Assembly: GCA_964016885.1 (NCBI GenBank)
Contig: OZ024752.1
Location: 19,592,001-19,656,000, forward strand
Length of the DNA stretch: 64,000 nt
Reading direction: 5' to 3'
Origin: Eledone cirrhosa
Lineage: Eukaryota
This document shows positions 24,515 to 37,879 of the stretch, piece by piece. Position 1 is the first letter of the stretch. The number at the start of each line of letters is the position of its first letter. Below the pieces are notes generated by a model that was given only the letters and a program-made list of their open reading frames with translations, had not been told where the DNA came from and did not search any database. The translations under genes and the position numbers were made by a program.

Positions 24515-25849
24515 TTGTTACATAATAAGGTTGTTTCCGAGGCAATCCAAATTGAATCGACATGGGAACGGGCGAAGTATGTGCTTTTGGGTTCTTCATC
24601 CGTTCCCCTGTGAGTACCAATTCACCCCCACTGGTCTGCGCAGGCGCAGGTCCACGGGGAAGTTGACCATTAGCTACCACAGATTTAAACGAAATTCGCT
24701 TAGTCAGTTCCCTCTCTCAGCCAGACAATGACCCATTCAAGCCTGCACCATAGTTTACTGCTCCCCATCCCAGCCGAAAGCCAGTGGGGATGGGAGAGTG
24801 TTAGTATTTACAGGTCTCTATACTACCTCTCACTAATCATGGACAGTATAACTGACCATCGACCCCTTAGAGTATATATTTAATTCTATGTATCATAGTT
24901 TCATATTGGAAGTTATAAGTGAAATTAGAACTAAAAGTTACAATTTAAAATCGAAAATCCTAAATCAAGTATCAGAAATTATAAATTAAAAAATTAACAA
25001 TTATAAATTAAACAATTAAAGATTTTTCAAGTTAGAATCCAGATTGAGGTGAGTAGAAAAAATATATAGATTGAAGTGAGTAAATAATTAGCAGAGAGAT
25101 GTTTAAGTAAGAAGTTCTGAAAGGGGTCCTAATGTTACAGTTACCCTATCTACATACCGAATGATGGTGCCGTACAGTAGAACTGAGGGTAAATTACAGT
25201 ATTACGGGTAGTAGTCAATTGGGTACATAGTCGTAATTTCCATCACATGGAACAAAACCAACAAAGACATATATAAAGTACACAAAAGAAAAGAACCAAT
25301 GAATGAATGAATGAATGAATGAATGAGTGAATGAATGAATGAATGAATGCAAAAACACAGAGTACATATATGCAAAATGATCCATATTATTGTCAATTTG
25401 TCCATGTATAGGGTGAATTGAGGGGGCTTCTGTTCAAATGCGATTTGGTGCAGAAAAATAGGGGTTTATCTTTGTTTCCGTGTATTTATCCTGCCGAAAG
25501 ATATTATTATGTCTGTCCAGTGTCCGCGGTTTCCATCCCATGGTAGAGGGAATTTCCAGGGGTAGCTCATGGTTGGTTCCTCTCTTCTCCACCATATCGG
25601 TTACATCATAGAGCGCTCAACTAATTGGAGCTAAATTCTTAGGGTAAACATTGATGCAATTCAACTCAAGCACTCAACGTACTTATTCCACATAGGAGTG
25701 ACGGAGTAAATATCGAATAAGGAAAAGCGAAGTAATTTCAGATGTTCAAGTCCTTTAATAATAATGCTGTGATATATATTTCAATGGCGAAAGTGGCCAC
25801 ACTGTTCTGTGCGCCAGTCTCGCGACATGTAACAAGCTGTCTGACGATG

Positions 25850-28156
25850 TATTACTGCGTGACGCCAGAGGTCACGGTCGTGTGTCATCGCCTTTGAGAG
25901 GTGTAATTGGGTAAGGTCGGTTTTTATTACCTCATCCCAGGTCATCTTGGGTCTGCCCACTCCGCGGTTTCCATCGACTTCTAGTGCTCTGCACCTTTTT
26001 ATGCAGCTGTCATCCTTCATACGCATCACATGTCCATACCAACGCAACTGCCTCTCCTGCACACAGGATTTGATGCCTCTTATGCTCAATCTCTCTCTCA
26101 ATTCATTTATGCTTTGTCGTTCGCGTATATTACTATTACACATCCATTGGAGCATGCAGGCTTCGTTTCTCTCTACGTAAGTCTTCCACCTTCAGCGCCC
26201 AGGTCTCACTACCATGTAACATTGCTGTTCGGATACACGCATCATACAGTCTGCCTTTCATTTTGAGGGAGAAGCCTTTTGCAGCTAGCAGTGGCAGTAG
26301 TTCCCTGAAATTATTCCATCCCGTTCTTACCCTAGTTATTGTACTTTCTGAACACCCACCTGCACTGCTAATTCGGTCACCTAGGTAGCAGAAGCTGCCT
26401 ACTGTCTCTACAGAGCCCTCCCAGAGATTGGTGGTACTTGTTTCCTGTGGTTGTTTGCTTGCTGTTTCAGCACAGCTGCTGCATGTGAAGCCTACATTCT
26501 TAATTAAGCTTCCTGAGATCCCGCTACATCTCTTGTGTACCCATTGTTTGCATTTAGGGCAGAGAATGGAGTTCCTACCTACACCTTTCCTACATACTGA
26601 GCAAGGCCATTTCCCTGAGGGGATCTGGGTTCTATTTTCTCGTTTACTTACAAGGACCTTAGTCTTTGTCGTATTGACTTTGAGACCCTTTCTTTCTAGT
26701 TCCTGCTTCCAAGTTTGGAATTTCTTCTCTAACTCTACCATAGATTCAGCTATAAGTGCGAGGTCATCAGCATACAGGAGTTCCCATGGGCATCCGGTCT
26801 TAAACTCCTCCGTTATTGTGTGCAGGACTATGATGAACAGGAGAGGGCAAAGTACAGAGCCCTGGTGGACACCGACCTGTACGCTAAATTCCTCGTTATA
26901 CTCATTGCTAATCCTAACTTTGCTGACTGCTCCCCTATAAATGGCTTGTACAGCTTTCACAAGCCATTCATCTACTCCTAGTTTTCTAAGAGCCCACCAG
27001 ATTACAGCACGTGGAACTCTGTCAAAGGCTTTCTCGAGATCGACGAATGGCAGGTAGAGTGGCTTACTTTTAGCTAGGTACTTTTCCTGTAACTGCCTCA
27101 CAAGGAAGAGGGCATCAGTGGTGCCTCTTCCTGGTACAAACCCAAATTGCATCTCATTTAGTTTCACCTGGTCCCTAATCAACTGTGTTATAACTCTTTC
27201 TGTTACTTTCATGATCTGGTCCATCAGCTTTATACCTCTATAGTTTCCTCTATCGAGTGCATCACCTTTACCTTTGTAGCAGTTGACAATGATGCTACTG
27301 CACCAATCTTTTGGTATGACACCTTCTAGTATTACCTGGTTAACAATACGTGTGGTTATAGTGTGACCTACAGACCCAGATGCCTTCAGCATCTCGGCAG
27401 CTATACCCGATGGACCGGTTGCCTTCCCCATCTTCATATCTTTGATTGCCTTACTTACTACGCTGCTGCTGACTTGTACTGCTGGCCCCTCTATAGGGTC
27501 TACTTGGGTAGGGTCTCTTCTTCCCATGCATTCTCCTCATTTAGTAATCTATCATAATGACTCTTCCATGCATCTTTCTTCTCAGCACTTGTGAGGGCAA
27601 GCTCACCTTTATCATTCCGGATACACTTCTCTCCAATGACATCACAATTCTCTCTGACACGCTGCCTCGCAATCTTGAACACCTCCTGTTTCTGGTCCTC
27701 ACGTTGTAAAACATGCTTGAATTTTCTATCCTCTGCTTCCCTCCTAGTTAAGTATACTTGTCGCCTAGCTTCTCTCTTGGTCTCTATGTAATGTACCCTG
27801 CTCCCCCTGCTCCCCCCGTTCTTCCATTCTTTCCATGCCTGTCTCTTGGCCTTAACTGCCTCATCTACCTTATTGTTCCACCACCAAGTCACTCTCCTCC
27901 TGCTTGTGGTCTTACTCCAGCCACAGACCTCATCCGTCGCCTCTAGTAAGTTATTTTTTAGGAACTCCCAGTGCTCTTTTACATTGAATGTCTCTATTTG
28001 TTCTTCTCTACTGTCGTAGGCGTTGAGTAAAATATCTTTAAATCTGTTACTGGCTGAGGGGTCTTTCAGCTTCCAGATCTTTCTTCTCCAGGTTGGCCTC
28101 TGTTTCCAGGTTCGTCTAGTTCTGACCGTGAGGTCGCTGACAACTAAGCTATGTGG
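25850..28156 (-). mobile_element. RTE subfamily C, truncated at both ends, frameshifted
   Basis: ORFs 27500-27892, 26136-27527 and 25781-26155; TWWWN, YADD, PHD. Confidence 0.95.
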
Positions 28157-28334
28157 CTAAAAGGCCACATTTGATCGCAACGCTGTTAATTGCTATCGTG
28201 TGTGTGTGTGTGTGTGTAGATATGTTTATGTCTGTGTGTATATATATGTGTATATTATTATTGTTGTTGTTGTTGTCATTATTATTATTGTTATTATTAT
28301 TATTATTATTATCATTGGGGTTTTTTTTTTTTTA

Positions 28335-28900
28335 CTTGTGCAATGGCCATACTCGATAACGAGGGAGCAGCCATCATGTATGTATGTATATACATATGCT
28401 GGGTCACTCTTGAGTGCTACTGGTAACATGTAACCCAGTACAACCTGACGCATGGTCGGGTCGTCGGCGACTAAACCACCAACCCCACCAAGTTTACTTA
28501 GTAAGGAGGGTGATTTTGGACACCCTGCACAACAAAAAACAAAACCTGACAAAGGGCGGAAGAACGTATAAGAATCAACGGCTATCCAAAAGTGTGTAAA
28601 TATGTATATACACCTGTACATATGTATGTATATGTATATGTGTATATACATGGGGGCATGTGTATGTATATGCGCGGGGGACATCGAAATAGTCGGGTTG
28701 GACACCCGATAGCGCGGTTAAACCACTGGGAGTGAAGGGCCCCTAGCCTTTGTCAGGGCATTCTTCTAGGAGAAGGCAACTCAGGAAACTGGGATAACTC
28801 CGATATAAAACCTGTGGCTCAGTAGTTACCAATAATGATGATCTTTTCTTCTTTTCAGGTTATAGTTACTGTCGCTCAGAGAGTGGGATTGGCTCAGTGT
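28335..28900 (+). mobile_element. Non-autonomous repeat family copy
   Basis: Homologous to 23200-23540 and 53433-53760. Confidence 0.7.
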
Positions 28901-28904
28901 ACCC

Positions 28905-30787
28905 ATAAGCCATAATGTAGGCAACTCGTCTAGGAGAGCTACCACTCCGAATATATTGGTGCAGGGTAGAGAAGTCCGCTAAGTCCAGTAAGACAACTTC
29001 CCTAGTGCTGGTGGCACGAATAAAAACACCCAGTCCATGCTGTAAAACGGAGGGGTGGATAGGGCCCCTGAGTCCAGTAAGACAACCACTCTAGGTCTGG
29101 TGGCACGAATAAAAGCACACAGTCCATGCTGTAAAGTGGTGGTGGTGTTAGGGAGGGTATCCAACCAGTATATATACTACTGCCAAAATCTATGAGCGCA
29201 ACAAATGAAATTTGCAACAACTGCGTAAACACGGTAGTGGGGTGGCTAGTGAGGCCATGTGCGAGAACCCCACAACCGTCATCAGGCAATTGCACAACAG
29301 GAAAAAGAGTTGCCACACTTAATGTTGGCACTCTAACAGGTAGATCTGGTGAGATAGCGGAGATGCTGGAGAGAAGGCATGTGGATGTGTGCTGTGTGCA
29401 AGAGGTGAGATGGAGACGTGCCTCTGCAAGACTAATCGCAGGCAAACATCGTAGTTATAAGCTTTCCTGGGTGGGTAATGATGATGGGTTAGGTGGGGTG
29501 GGCATATTACTGGCTGAGAGATGGATCAATAAGACAATAGAGGTAGTTAGAGTTAGTAATAGAATAATTAAGCTTAGGTTAGTTGTAGGCAGGAGACTAC
29601 TGACAATCATCTCTGCCTATGCCCCCCAGGTAGGCCTAGGTAAAGAAGAGAAAGACTGCTTTTATGAGCAACTTTTACAAACAGCCTCGAGGACAGAGAC
29701 ATCGTTATGCTAACAGGGGACTTCAATGTACATGTTGGACAGCTCCAGAATGGATACACTGGGGTACATGGTGGGCACGGTTACGGCTCAAGAAATGAAG
29801 AAGGAGTGAGGCTTCTTGAATTTTGTGATTTGCAACACTAACTTCCAGAAGCCTACCAACCACCTAATAACCTACAAATCAGGCAAGCACATAAGCCAGA
29901 TTGACTTCCTGCTAGTTAGACAGCGAGACAGACAGATGGTGTCAAATACTAAGGCATACCCCGGGGAAGAATGTACCCCACAGCATAGGTTAGTCGTTAG
30001 TGACATCTCAGTAAGCAAGAGAAAGAATGAGACATACAGGAAGGTGTGGAGAAGAAAGGTCTGGAAGCTAAAAGACCTTTCATTAAAATATAAATTTAAC
30101 AAAGCCCTTCAAGATGTGTATGACGAAAAAGAAGATGATTTAGAGTTGTATGATATAGATGATAACTGGAATTTCCTGCGTGACAACTTACTGCAGGCTA
30201 CTGATGAAACTTGTGGCTGGAGCAGAGCTTCAACCAGACAGAGAGTGACCTGGTGGTGGAACAGCACGGTAGATAGGGCCATTAGAGACAAAAGACTGGC
30301 ATGGAAGGCTTGGAAAAATGGTGGCAGTAGAGAAGGATACACAGTCACTAAGAGAGAAGCTAGTCGTCAGGTGTACTTAGCACGCAGGGAGGCGGAGAGT
30401 AGGAGGTTTTCCAATGTTCTGCGACGGGAAGATCAGAGGCGTGCAGTGTTCCACATTGCAAGGCAGTGTGTCAGTGCAAATCAGGATGTTGTTGGAGATA
30501 TGTGTGTCTGGAATGATGCTGATGTACTTGGTGTCACGAATGATCAGAAAAAGGAGGCCTGGAAATGTCATTATGAGAGACTGATGAATGTGGAGAACAA
30601 ATTGGACAGAGAGAAATTACCACAGTTGACCCGACAGAGGGAGCAGCTATTGAGATTGATGAATATAGGGTACAAGAGGCAATTAAGGAAATGAAGAATG
30701 GTAAGGCTGCTGAACCATCGGAGATAGTTGCTGAGATGCTGAAGGCATCAGGGGACGTAGGCACTAAACTAGTTGCACGCATCATTA
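28905..30787 (+). mobile_element. RTE subfamily D, 5' half (APE endonuclease), 3'-truncated
   Basis: ATLNVGTL, CCVQEVRW, SAYAPQ, GDFN-like, IDFLL, VTWWWN; frameshifts. Confidence 0.9.
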
Positions 30788-30919
30788 ATATATATATATA
30801 TGCATATATATATATATGAATGTATATATAGTGTATTTTGCAGTACACTGTATGCTTACACTATATATACATTCATATATATATCGCTATTTCAGAGCAC
30901 CAATTCTAATTTTATATAT

Positions 30920-33900
30920 ATCATCATCATCCTCATCATCAACATCATCGTTTAACGTCCATCTTCCACGCTTGCATGGGTTTGGACGGGAGTTTTCCCA
31001 CTTGAGGCAAGAGTGGTTGTCTTGCTCGCATAGGACTGTCTGGCGGGTTTTCTACGGCTGGATGCCCTTCCTAACACTAACCACGTTTACAGTGTGGAAC
31101 TGGGAGGTTTTTACCGTGTTACCTACACGGCCACATTACAGCGTGGACTGTGTGTTTTTTTGTCGTAACACCTACACGGCCTGATTTGTTTCGGACTGGA
31201 TGTTGTGGTACAAACATAACTTTACATTGAAAGGGGTGGTGTGGATGAGGTAGGGGTGGTGGGACGGGGGTGTATTTTTGTTAGAGATGCCTACTGACTG
31301 TAGTAGGTTTCACTTTGTACTTAGGTAAGGCGGGTCTTCTGTATTACTGTGTAGCGCCAAAGATCTTGGTCCAGTGACATTGTCTTGGAGAGGTGTAAGT
31401 GTGTGAGGTCGGAATTTATCAAGTCGTCCCAGGATTTTCTGGGTCTGCCTACTCCGTGGCTACCGTCTATTTTTATTGCCCTGCACTTTTTTATACAACT
31501 GTCGTCTTTCATGCGCATCACGTGACCGTACCAACGTAGTTTTCTCTCGAGTAAACAACATCTGATCCCTCTTATTTCTAATTTTTCCCTTAATTCATTT
31601 ATGCTTTGCCATTCACGTATATTACTATTACACATCCAGCGGAGCATGCAAGCTCCGTTCCTCTCCAGTCTGCGTATACCCTCTGCACACAATGCCCAGG
31701 TCTCACTGCCATGTAACATTGCTGTTCGTATACAGGCATCATACAGCCTGCCTTTCATTTTTAGAGGGAACCCTTTAGCGGCCAATAGTGGTATAAGCTC
31801 TCTGAACTTTTTCCATCCAGTTCTGACTCTAGCTACTGTACTTTCAGAGCACCCTCCCCCACTGCTGATTTTGTCACCCAAGTAACGGAAGGTGTCCACT
31901 ATTTCTATAGAACCCTCTGCGCAATGGAATGAGCTAGTATGTGGGCACTTGCTGCTACTTATTGCACCAGAGCACCGGCCACATATAAAATCTATATTCT
32001 TAGTTAGCTTACCTGTGATCCACTACATCTTTTATGCACCCATACTTTGCATTTGGGACATAAAATGGAGTTTCTGCCTACTCCTTTCCTACACACTGAG
32101 CATGGCCATTTCCCGGATGGGACCAGTGCCCTATTTTCCTTCCTACAAACTAGAACTTTAGTCTTAGACAAGTTAACTTTAAGGCCTTTTGATTCTAGGC
32201 CATGCTTCCATGTTTGGAATTTTTTCTCTAGTTCAGCCATTGATTCAGCTATGAGCGTTAGATCATCTGCGTATAGGAGTTCCCATGGGCAGCCAGTCTT
32301 GAACTCCTCTGTTATAGCCTGAAGGGCAATAATAAATAGTAGGGGGATAAGAACGGAGCCCTGATGAACACAGACTTTTATGCTAAACTCTTCACTATAT
32401 TCGTTGTTAATTCTAACCTTGCTGACTGTTTCTTTATACATGGCTTGTATAGCTCTCACAAGCCATTCATCAACACCTAGTTTTCTAAGAGCCCACCAGA
32501 TAATTGAACAGGGGACTCTGCCAAAGGCTTTCTCCAAGTTGACAAAAGCTAAGTATAGTGGTTTACTTTTAGCTAGGTACTTCTCCTGTAGTTGTCGTAC
32601 AATGAAAAGAGCGTCTGTGGTACTTTTACCTGCCACAAACCCGAACTGCATTTCATCTAGATCAATTCGCTCTCTGATTAGTTGCACTATTACCTTTTCT
32701 GTGACCTTCATGACCTGGTCGATTAATTTAATGCCTCTATAGTTACCCCTATCTAGGGCATCTCCTTTACCCTTCTAGCAGTTAATGATGATGCTGCTAT
32801 GCCAGTCCTTCGGAACAACCCCATTCTGTATGACTTGGTTTACTATCCGGGTGACCATGGTGTGTCCCACCGTTCCAGAAGCTTTCAGCATTTCAGCAAC
32901 TATTTCCGAAGGCCCAGCCGCCTTACCTATCTTCATATCTTTGATTGCCTTACTTATTATACTACCTTCGACTAACACTGCTGGTCCCTCTATTGGATCG
33001 ATGTGGGAGAGACTGTCTTTCTCCCATTTATTCTCCTCATTTAGTAGCCTTTCGTAGTGACACTTCCAAGCTACCTTCTTATCAGCGTCAGTGATGGCAA
33101 GTACACCATCATTATTAAGGACACACTTCTCCCCGACAATATCACGGTTTTCCTTGACAAATTGCCTAGCAATCCTGAACACTTCACGTTTTTGGTCCTC
33201 GCGTTGTAGAACATGCTTGAACTTTCTTTCCTTTGCTTCCCTTCTTGCGAAGTACACTTGTCTCCTAGCTTCCCTCCTGGCCACTTGATAGTCTTCTCTA
33301 CTTCCCCCATCCTGCCATACTTTCCAAGCCTGCTTTTTGGCCTTAATTGACTCCTCCACCTTACTGTTCCACCACCACGTTACTCTCCTCCTGCCTATAG
33401 GCCTGCTCCAACCACAGACTTCATTTGCCACCATCATCAGGTTTGCTTTCAGGAATTCCCACTGTTCCTCTATATTGTACAACTCTAATTGCTCTTCCTT
33501 ACTGTCGAAAGCATCAAGTAATATGCTTTTAAATTTATTACTGGTTGTGGGGTCCTTTAGCTTCCATATTTTTCTCCTGAGGATAGTCCTCTTCTGTTGT
33601 CGAGTACGTCTCGTCCTGACTATGAGGTCGCTAATTATGAGTCTATGTTGAGAGGTGCATTCTTCATGGGGGAGGGATTTAGTGTTTACAACAGACACTC
33701 TGTCATGTCTTCTGGTAAGGATATAATCTACCTGGCTGGTATGTTCCCCTGATCTGTAGGTGATCAAGTGATTGTCTCGTTTTTTGAAGTTAGTGTTACA
33801 GATAGTTAGGTTATTTGCGTCACAGAATTCCAGGATTCTGGAGCCTTCCACATTTCTAGTACCAAACCCATAGCCTCCATGGATTCCGTCATAGCCGTCA

Positions 33901-34625
33901 CAATGTTGACCAACGTGGCCATTTAGGTCGCCAGCAATAATTATATAGTCACTGTCGGTTATTTGGGAGGTAGTGAGCATCAGTGTCTCATAGAATCTGT
34001 CTTTTATAGCGCCAGGCAGTCCGGATTGGGGCGCATAAGCGGATATTATTGTCACAGTAGTTCTATTTAGAACATGTCTTATTTTAATTATTCTGTCTTT
34101 TACTCTATTTACGTCTATTATCTTATCCACCCATTTTTCTGCTAACATGATTCCTATCCCACCCAGCCCATTGTCATTTCCCACCCAGAAAAGCTTATAG
34201 CATCGTTTTTTACCCACAATGAATCTAGCAGAACCGCCCCTCCACCTGATCTCTTGGATACAGCAAACATCAACCTCCTTATGCTCAAGCATTTCTACAA
34301 CCTCGTTAGAGCGACCTTTTAAGGTGCCTACATTCGTGGTACCAACTCTGAAGTTTTGGATTGCGTTTGGTGGGTGGGAACGGTGGGGCGCGGGGAGGGG
34401 TGATGGGGTTGGGGTTTTGGTTATGTTGGCCATCTGCGGCCGAAACAAAGAGGAGGAGTCCTTGCCTTTTTGTCCGGCAGCATGAGGTGAATTTGTCGTT
34501 ATCTTTGGCATTGTCACTGAGTGTCCAGATTCTTCAGACTCTCCAGAATTCCTTAGTCCATCCATCACATCGAAAAGCAACCAGGAGAAGTGATAGCATA
34601 GGCCGCTGACTTATGATTGGTCCAA
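30920..34625 (-). mobile_element. Near full-length RTE subfamily B (APE + RT + PHD), broken by stops and frameshifts
   Basis: ORFs 32775-34580 (TTNVGTL, CIQEIRW, AGDLNGH, VDYIL), 32004-32711 and 31321-31899; 3'UTR and GAT tail. Confidence 0.96.
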
Positions 34626-35077
34626 ATATATATATATATAAAGAAAAAAAGATGAAAGTTTGTTTTTTCATATATGAGTGAAGTTTGGTTGGTTGATGCA
34701 GTCACGTGAATAAGCACATCAGCTTTCGCGCCAGTTTGTTTGAATTTCTTTTTGCTTAAAAAAAAGGGGCTCACAAAGGCTTTTTTTTTAATATAAATGT
34801 AATTTTTTTTAATATAAATGTAATTTTTTTTAATATAAATATAATTTTTTTTAATATAAATGTAATTTAACAAGTTCATTAAGTTTCGCACCCGTATTTG
34901 GGAATTTATTTTGTAGCCTTTTAGAGAATTTTATGACAAACAAAAGATAATGGTCAAGAGAAATGGGATGGGAGAATTGTTCTGGTTCAGTGAATATGTC
35001 TGGTTCGCTGGGGTGTCAGAATTCAGACTTTCTATTGAAATAAAGAAAATAGAGATATGTATCTTTATTTGTGTGCT

Positions 35078-35171
<94 letters not shown>

Positions 35172-35184
35172 TATATATATATAT

Positions 35185-35357
35185 ATATTTATTAAAATAA
35201 CAGATTAAAGTTTAAGCAAAGAATTGCTGCTTTCACCCTCTAACGGGGAAAGCAGCAATTCTTTGCTTAAACTTTAATCTGTTATTTTAATAAATATTTG
35301 CTCTACGGTTCTTATATATCTGATATATATCCTTTTGGATTTTAGTCTTCAAATTTA

Positions 35358-35388
<31 letters not shown>

Positions 35389-35970
35389 GATGAGATTCTA
35401 CAGGACTAGAACTGTTTCATTGTTTAATGAAACAGTTCTAGTCCTGTAGAATCTCATCTATATGAAAACTTTTATACTCTGCAATGTATTGAGTACCTTA
35501 CTTACTGTGGTTACCTCCGACTCAACCCGGAATAACGTATATATATATATATATAAAGAATGAATAATAACAGGTAGACATCATAAAAAGGTAATTTATT
35601 CTGTGTGCTTACAAATGTTTCCACGGTGGTTATACAGCCTAGTTATGCTATGTGCAAATTTATAACTTTGGTCACAGCATTTGATAATTTGAGTTTTGCA
35701 AATAGTTATAAATTTGCACATAGCATAACTAGGCTGTATAACCACCGTGGAAACATTTGTAAGCACACAGAATAAATTACCTTTCTATGATGTCTACCTG
35801 TTATTATTCATTCTTTATCTATAATCCGGAATACAGAAGGATCAGGAACTAAGTTTCTTCAACTATTCTTCCATAACTCGTTGAGTAACCCCTCACCGTA
35901 CGTCAATTCTATCCAGTGTAGTAATTAACCATTACTGCATCCAGGATAATCCTATACCTATGATAAAATA
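35185..35970. repeat. Cluster of three near-perfect hairpins (Penelope-type inverted stubs), each with an unpaired tail
   Basis: Hairpins at 35185-35297, 35384-35463 and 35553-35818; each retains the GAAA..UH half of an HHR. Confidence 0.85.
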
Positions 35971-35974
35971 GGCA

Positions 35975-36785
35975 GTAGCCACGGAGTAGGCAGACCCAGA
36001 AAAACCTGGGACGACTTGATAAATTCCGACCTCACACACTTACACCTCTCCAAGACAATGTCACTGGACCGAGATCTTTGGCGCTACACAGTCATACAGA
36101 AGACCCGCCTTGCCTAAGTACAAAGCGAAACCTACAGTCAGTAGGCACCTCTAACAAAATACACCCCCGTCCCACTACCCCCACCCCATCCACACCACCC
36201 CCTTAAATGTGAAGTTATGTTGGTATCACAACATCCAGTCCGAAACAAATGAGGTCGTGTAGGTGTCACGACAAAAAAACACACAGTCCACGGTGTAATG
36301 TGGCCGTGTAGGTAAGACAGTAAAAACCTCCCAGTCCCACACTGTAAACGTGGTTGGTGTTGGGAAGGGCACCCAGCCGTAGAAAACCCGCCAGACGTGT
36401 AGGTGTCATGACAAAAAAACACACAGTCCACGCTGTAATGTGGCCGTGTAGGTAACACGGTAAAAACCTCCCAGTCCACACTGTAAACGTGGTTGGTGTT
36501 GGGAAGGGCACCCAGCCGTAGAAAACCCGCCAGACGTGTAGGTGTCATGACAAAAAAACACACAGTCCACGCTGTAATGTGGCCGTGTAGGTAACACGGT
36601 AAAAACCTCCCAGTCCACACTGTAAACGTGGTTGGTGTTAGGAAGGGCATCCAGCCGTAGAAAACCCGCCAGACAGTCCTATACGAGCAGGACAACAAAT
36701 CTTGCCTCAAGTGGGAAAACTCTCGTCCAAACCCATGAAAGTGTGGAAGATGGACGTTAAACGATGATGATGATGATGATTATGA
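35975..36785 (+). mobile_element. RTE-B 3' fragment with a ~140-bp 3'UTR unit in triplicate
   Basis: CGTGTAGGTGTCA recurs at 36256, 36396 and 36535. Confidence 0.9.
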
Positions 36786-36893
36786 TATATGTATATATAT
36801 ATGTATATATATATATATATAAAGAAAAAGAGATGAAATCGAAAATGCAACTGAAGTCTTATTTTTTTTTTAAATATATATATTTATTTGGTT

Positions 36894-36931
36894 CCTTTAC
36901 CGGTTTCGCAGTTCTTCTGCTTTTCAAAAGG
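36894..36931 (-). ncRNA. Minimal hammerhead, U3-A8 variant, inside the inverted repeat 36819-37079
   Basis: CCTT-TTGAAAA-GCAG/CTGC-GAAA-CCGG-TA-AAGG; mirror copy at ~36967-37003 has a damaged stem I. Confidence 0.75.
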
Positions 36932-37134
36932 TGAGTTGAGATGGAGGGTCTGTGGTTTTTCTCACATCTTTGAAAAGCAGAAGAACTGCGAAACCGGTAA
37001 AGGAACCAAATAAATATATATATTTTTAAAAAAAATAAGACTTCAGTTGCATTTTCGATTTCATCTCTTTTTCTTTATACTTTCACTCGTGTAGGACACC
37101 TCGGTTATTTTTCATTTTGTAAAAAAAACCTCAC

Positions 37135-37276
<142 letters not shown>

Positions 37277-37498
37277 GTATATATATATATATATTGTTAT
37301 ACTTGGGGAGGGTCATATTTGCGTAATATATGTATATATATATGTATATATATATATGTATATATATGTAAAGTTATATTTAAAATTGTTGGGTTACAAC
37401 TAGTAAATATTTATAACTGATATAAAAGCACTCGACAAATATTTGGAGTATATTTACAATATTAAATAAATGGAAAACTATATTTATAAAACCATATT

Positions 37499-37564
37499 TA
37501 TTTCATTATATATATTTCGGGGATATCATATTAACAATATGCTATGCCTTCATCAGACAAAATA
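37499..37564 (-). ncRNA. Hammerhead ribozyme (TATATA stem III family)
   Basis: TATTTTGT-CTGATGA-AGG..CCC-GAAA-TATATA-TA-ATGAAATA. Confidence 0.65.
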
Positions 37565-37656
37565 CAATATAAACAGTTTTATAGATAAATATATTCGACA
37601 TACCGTAATAAAATATCAACTTCATTTGAAGAGGTTTACGCTAGCATATAATATTG

Positions 37657-37711
<55 letters not shown>

Positions 37712-37746
37712 GTATATATATATATGTGTATATATATATATATATC

Positions 37747-37786
<40 letters not shown>

Positions 37787-37879
37787 AATGTATATATAAG
37801 TAGAAGGGATATTTAATTTGTTGGAATAATATGTTTATAACTGATTCAGAGCACTCGACAGTTTTCTGAGAATCTAAAT

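Larger units (their letters stand above)
24229..25851 (-). mobile_element. Non-coding Penelope-type element with a partial tandem pLTR and a terminal micro-inversion
   Basis: 25716-25828 repeats 24230-24503 (minus the SINE); 25829-25851 is the reverse complement of ~24500-24522; HHR present. Confidence 0.7.
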
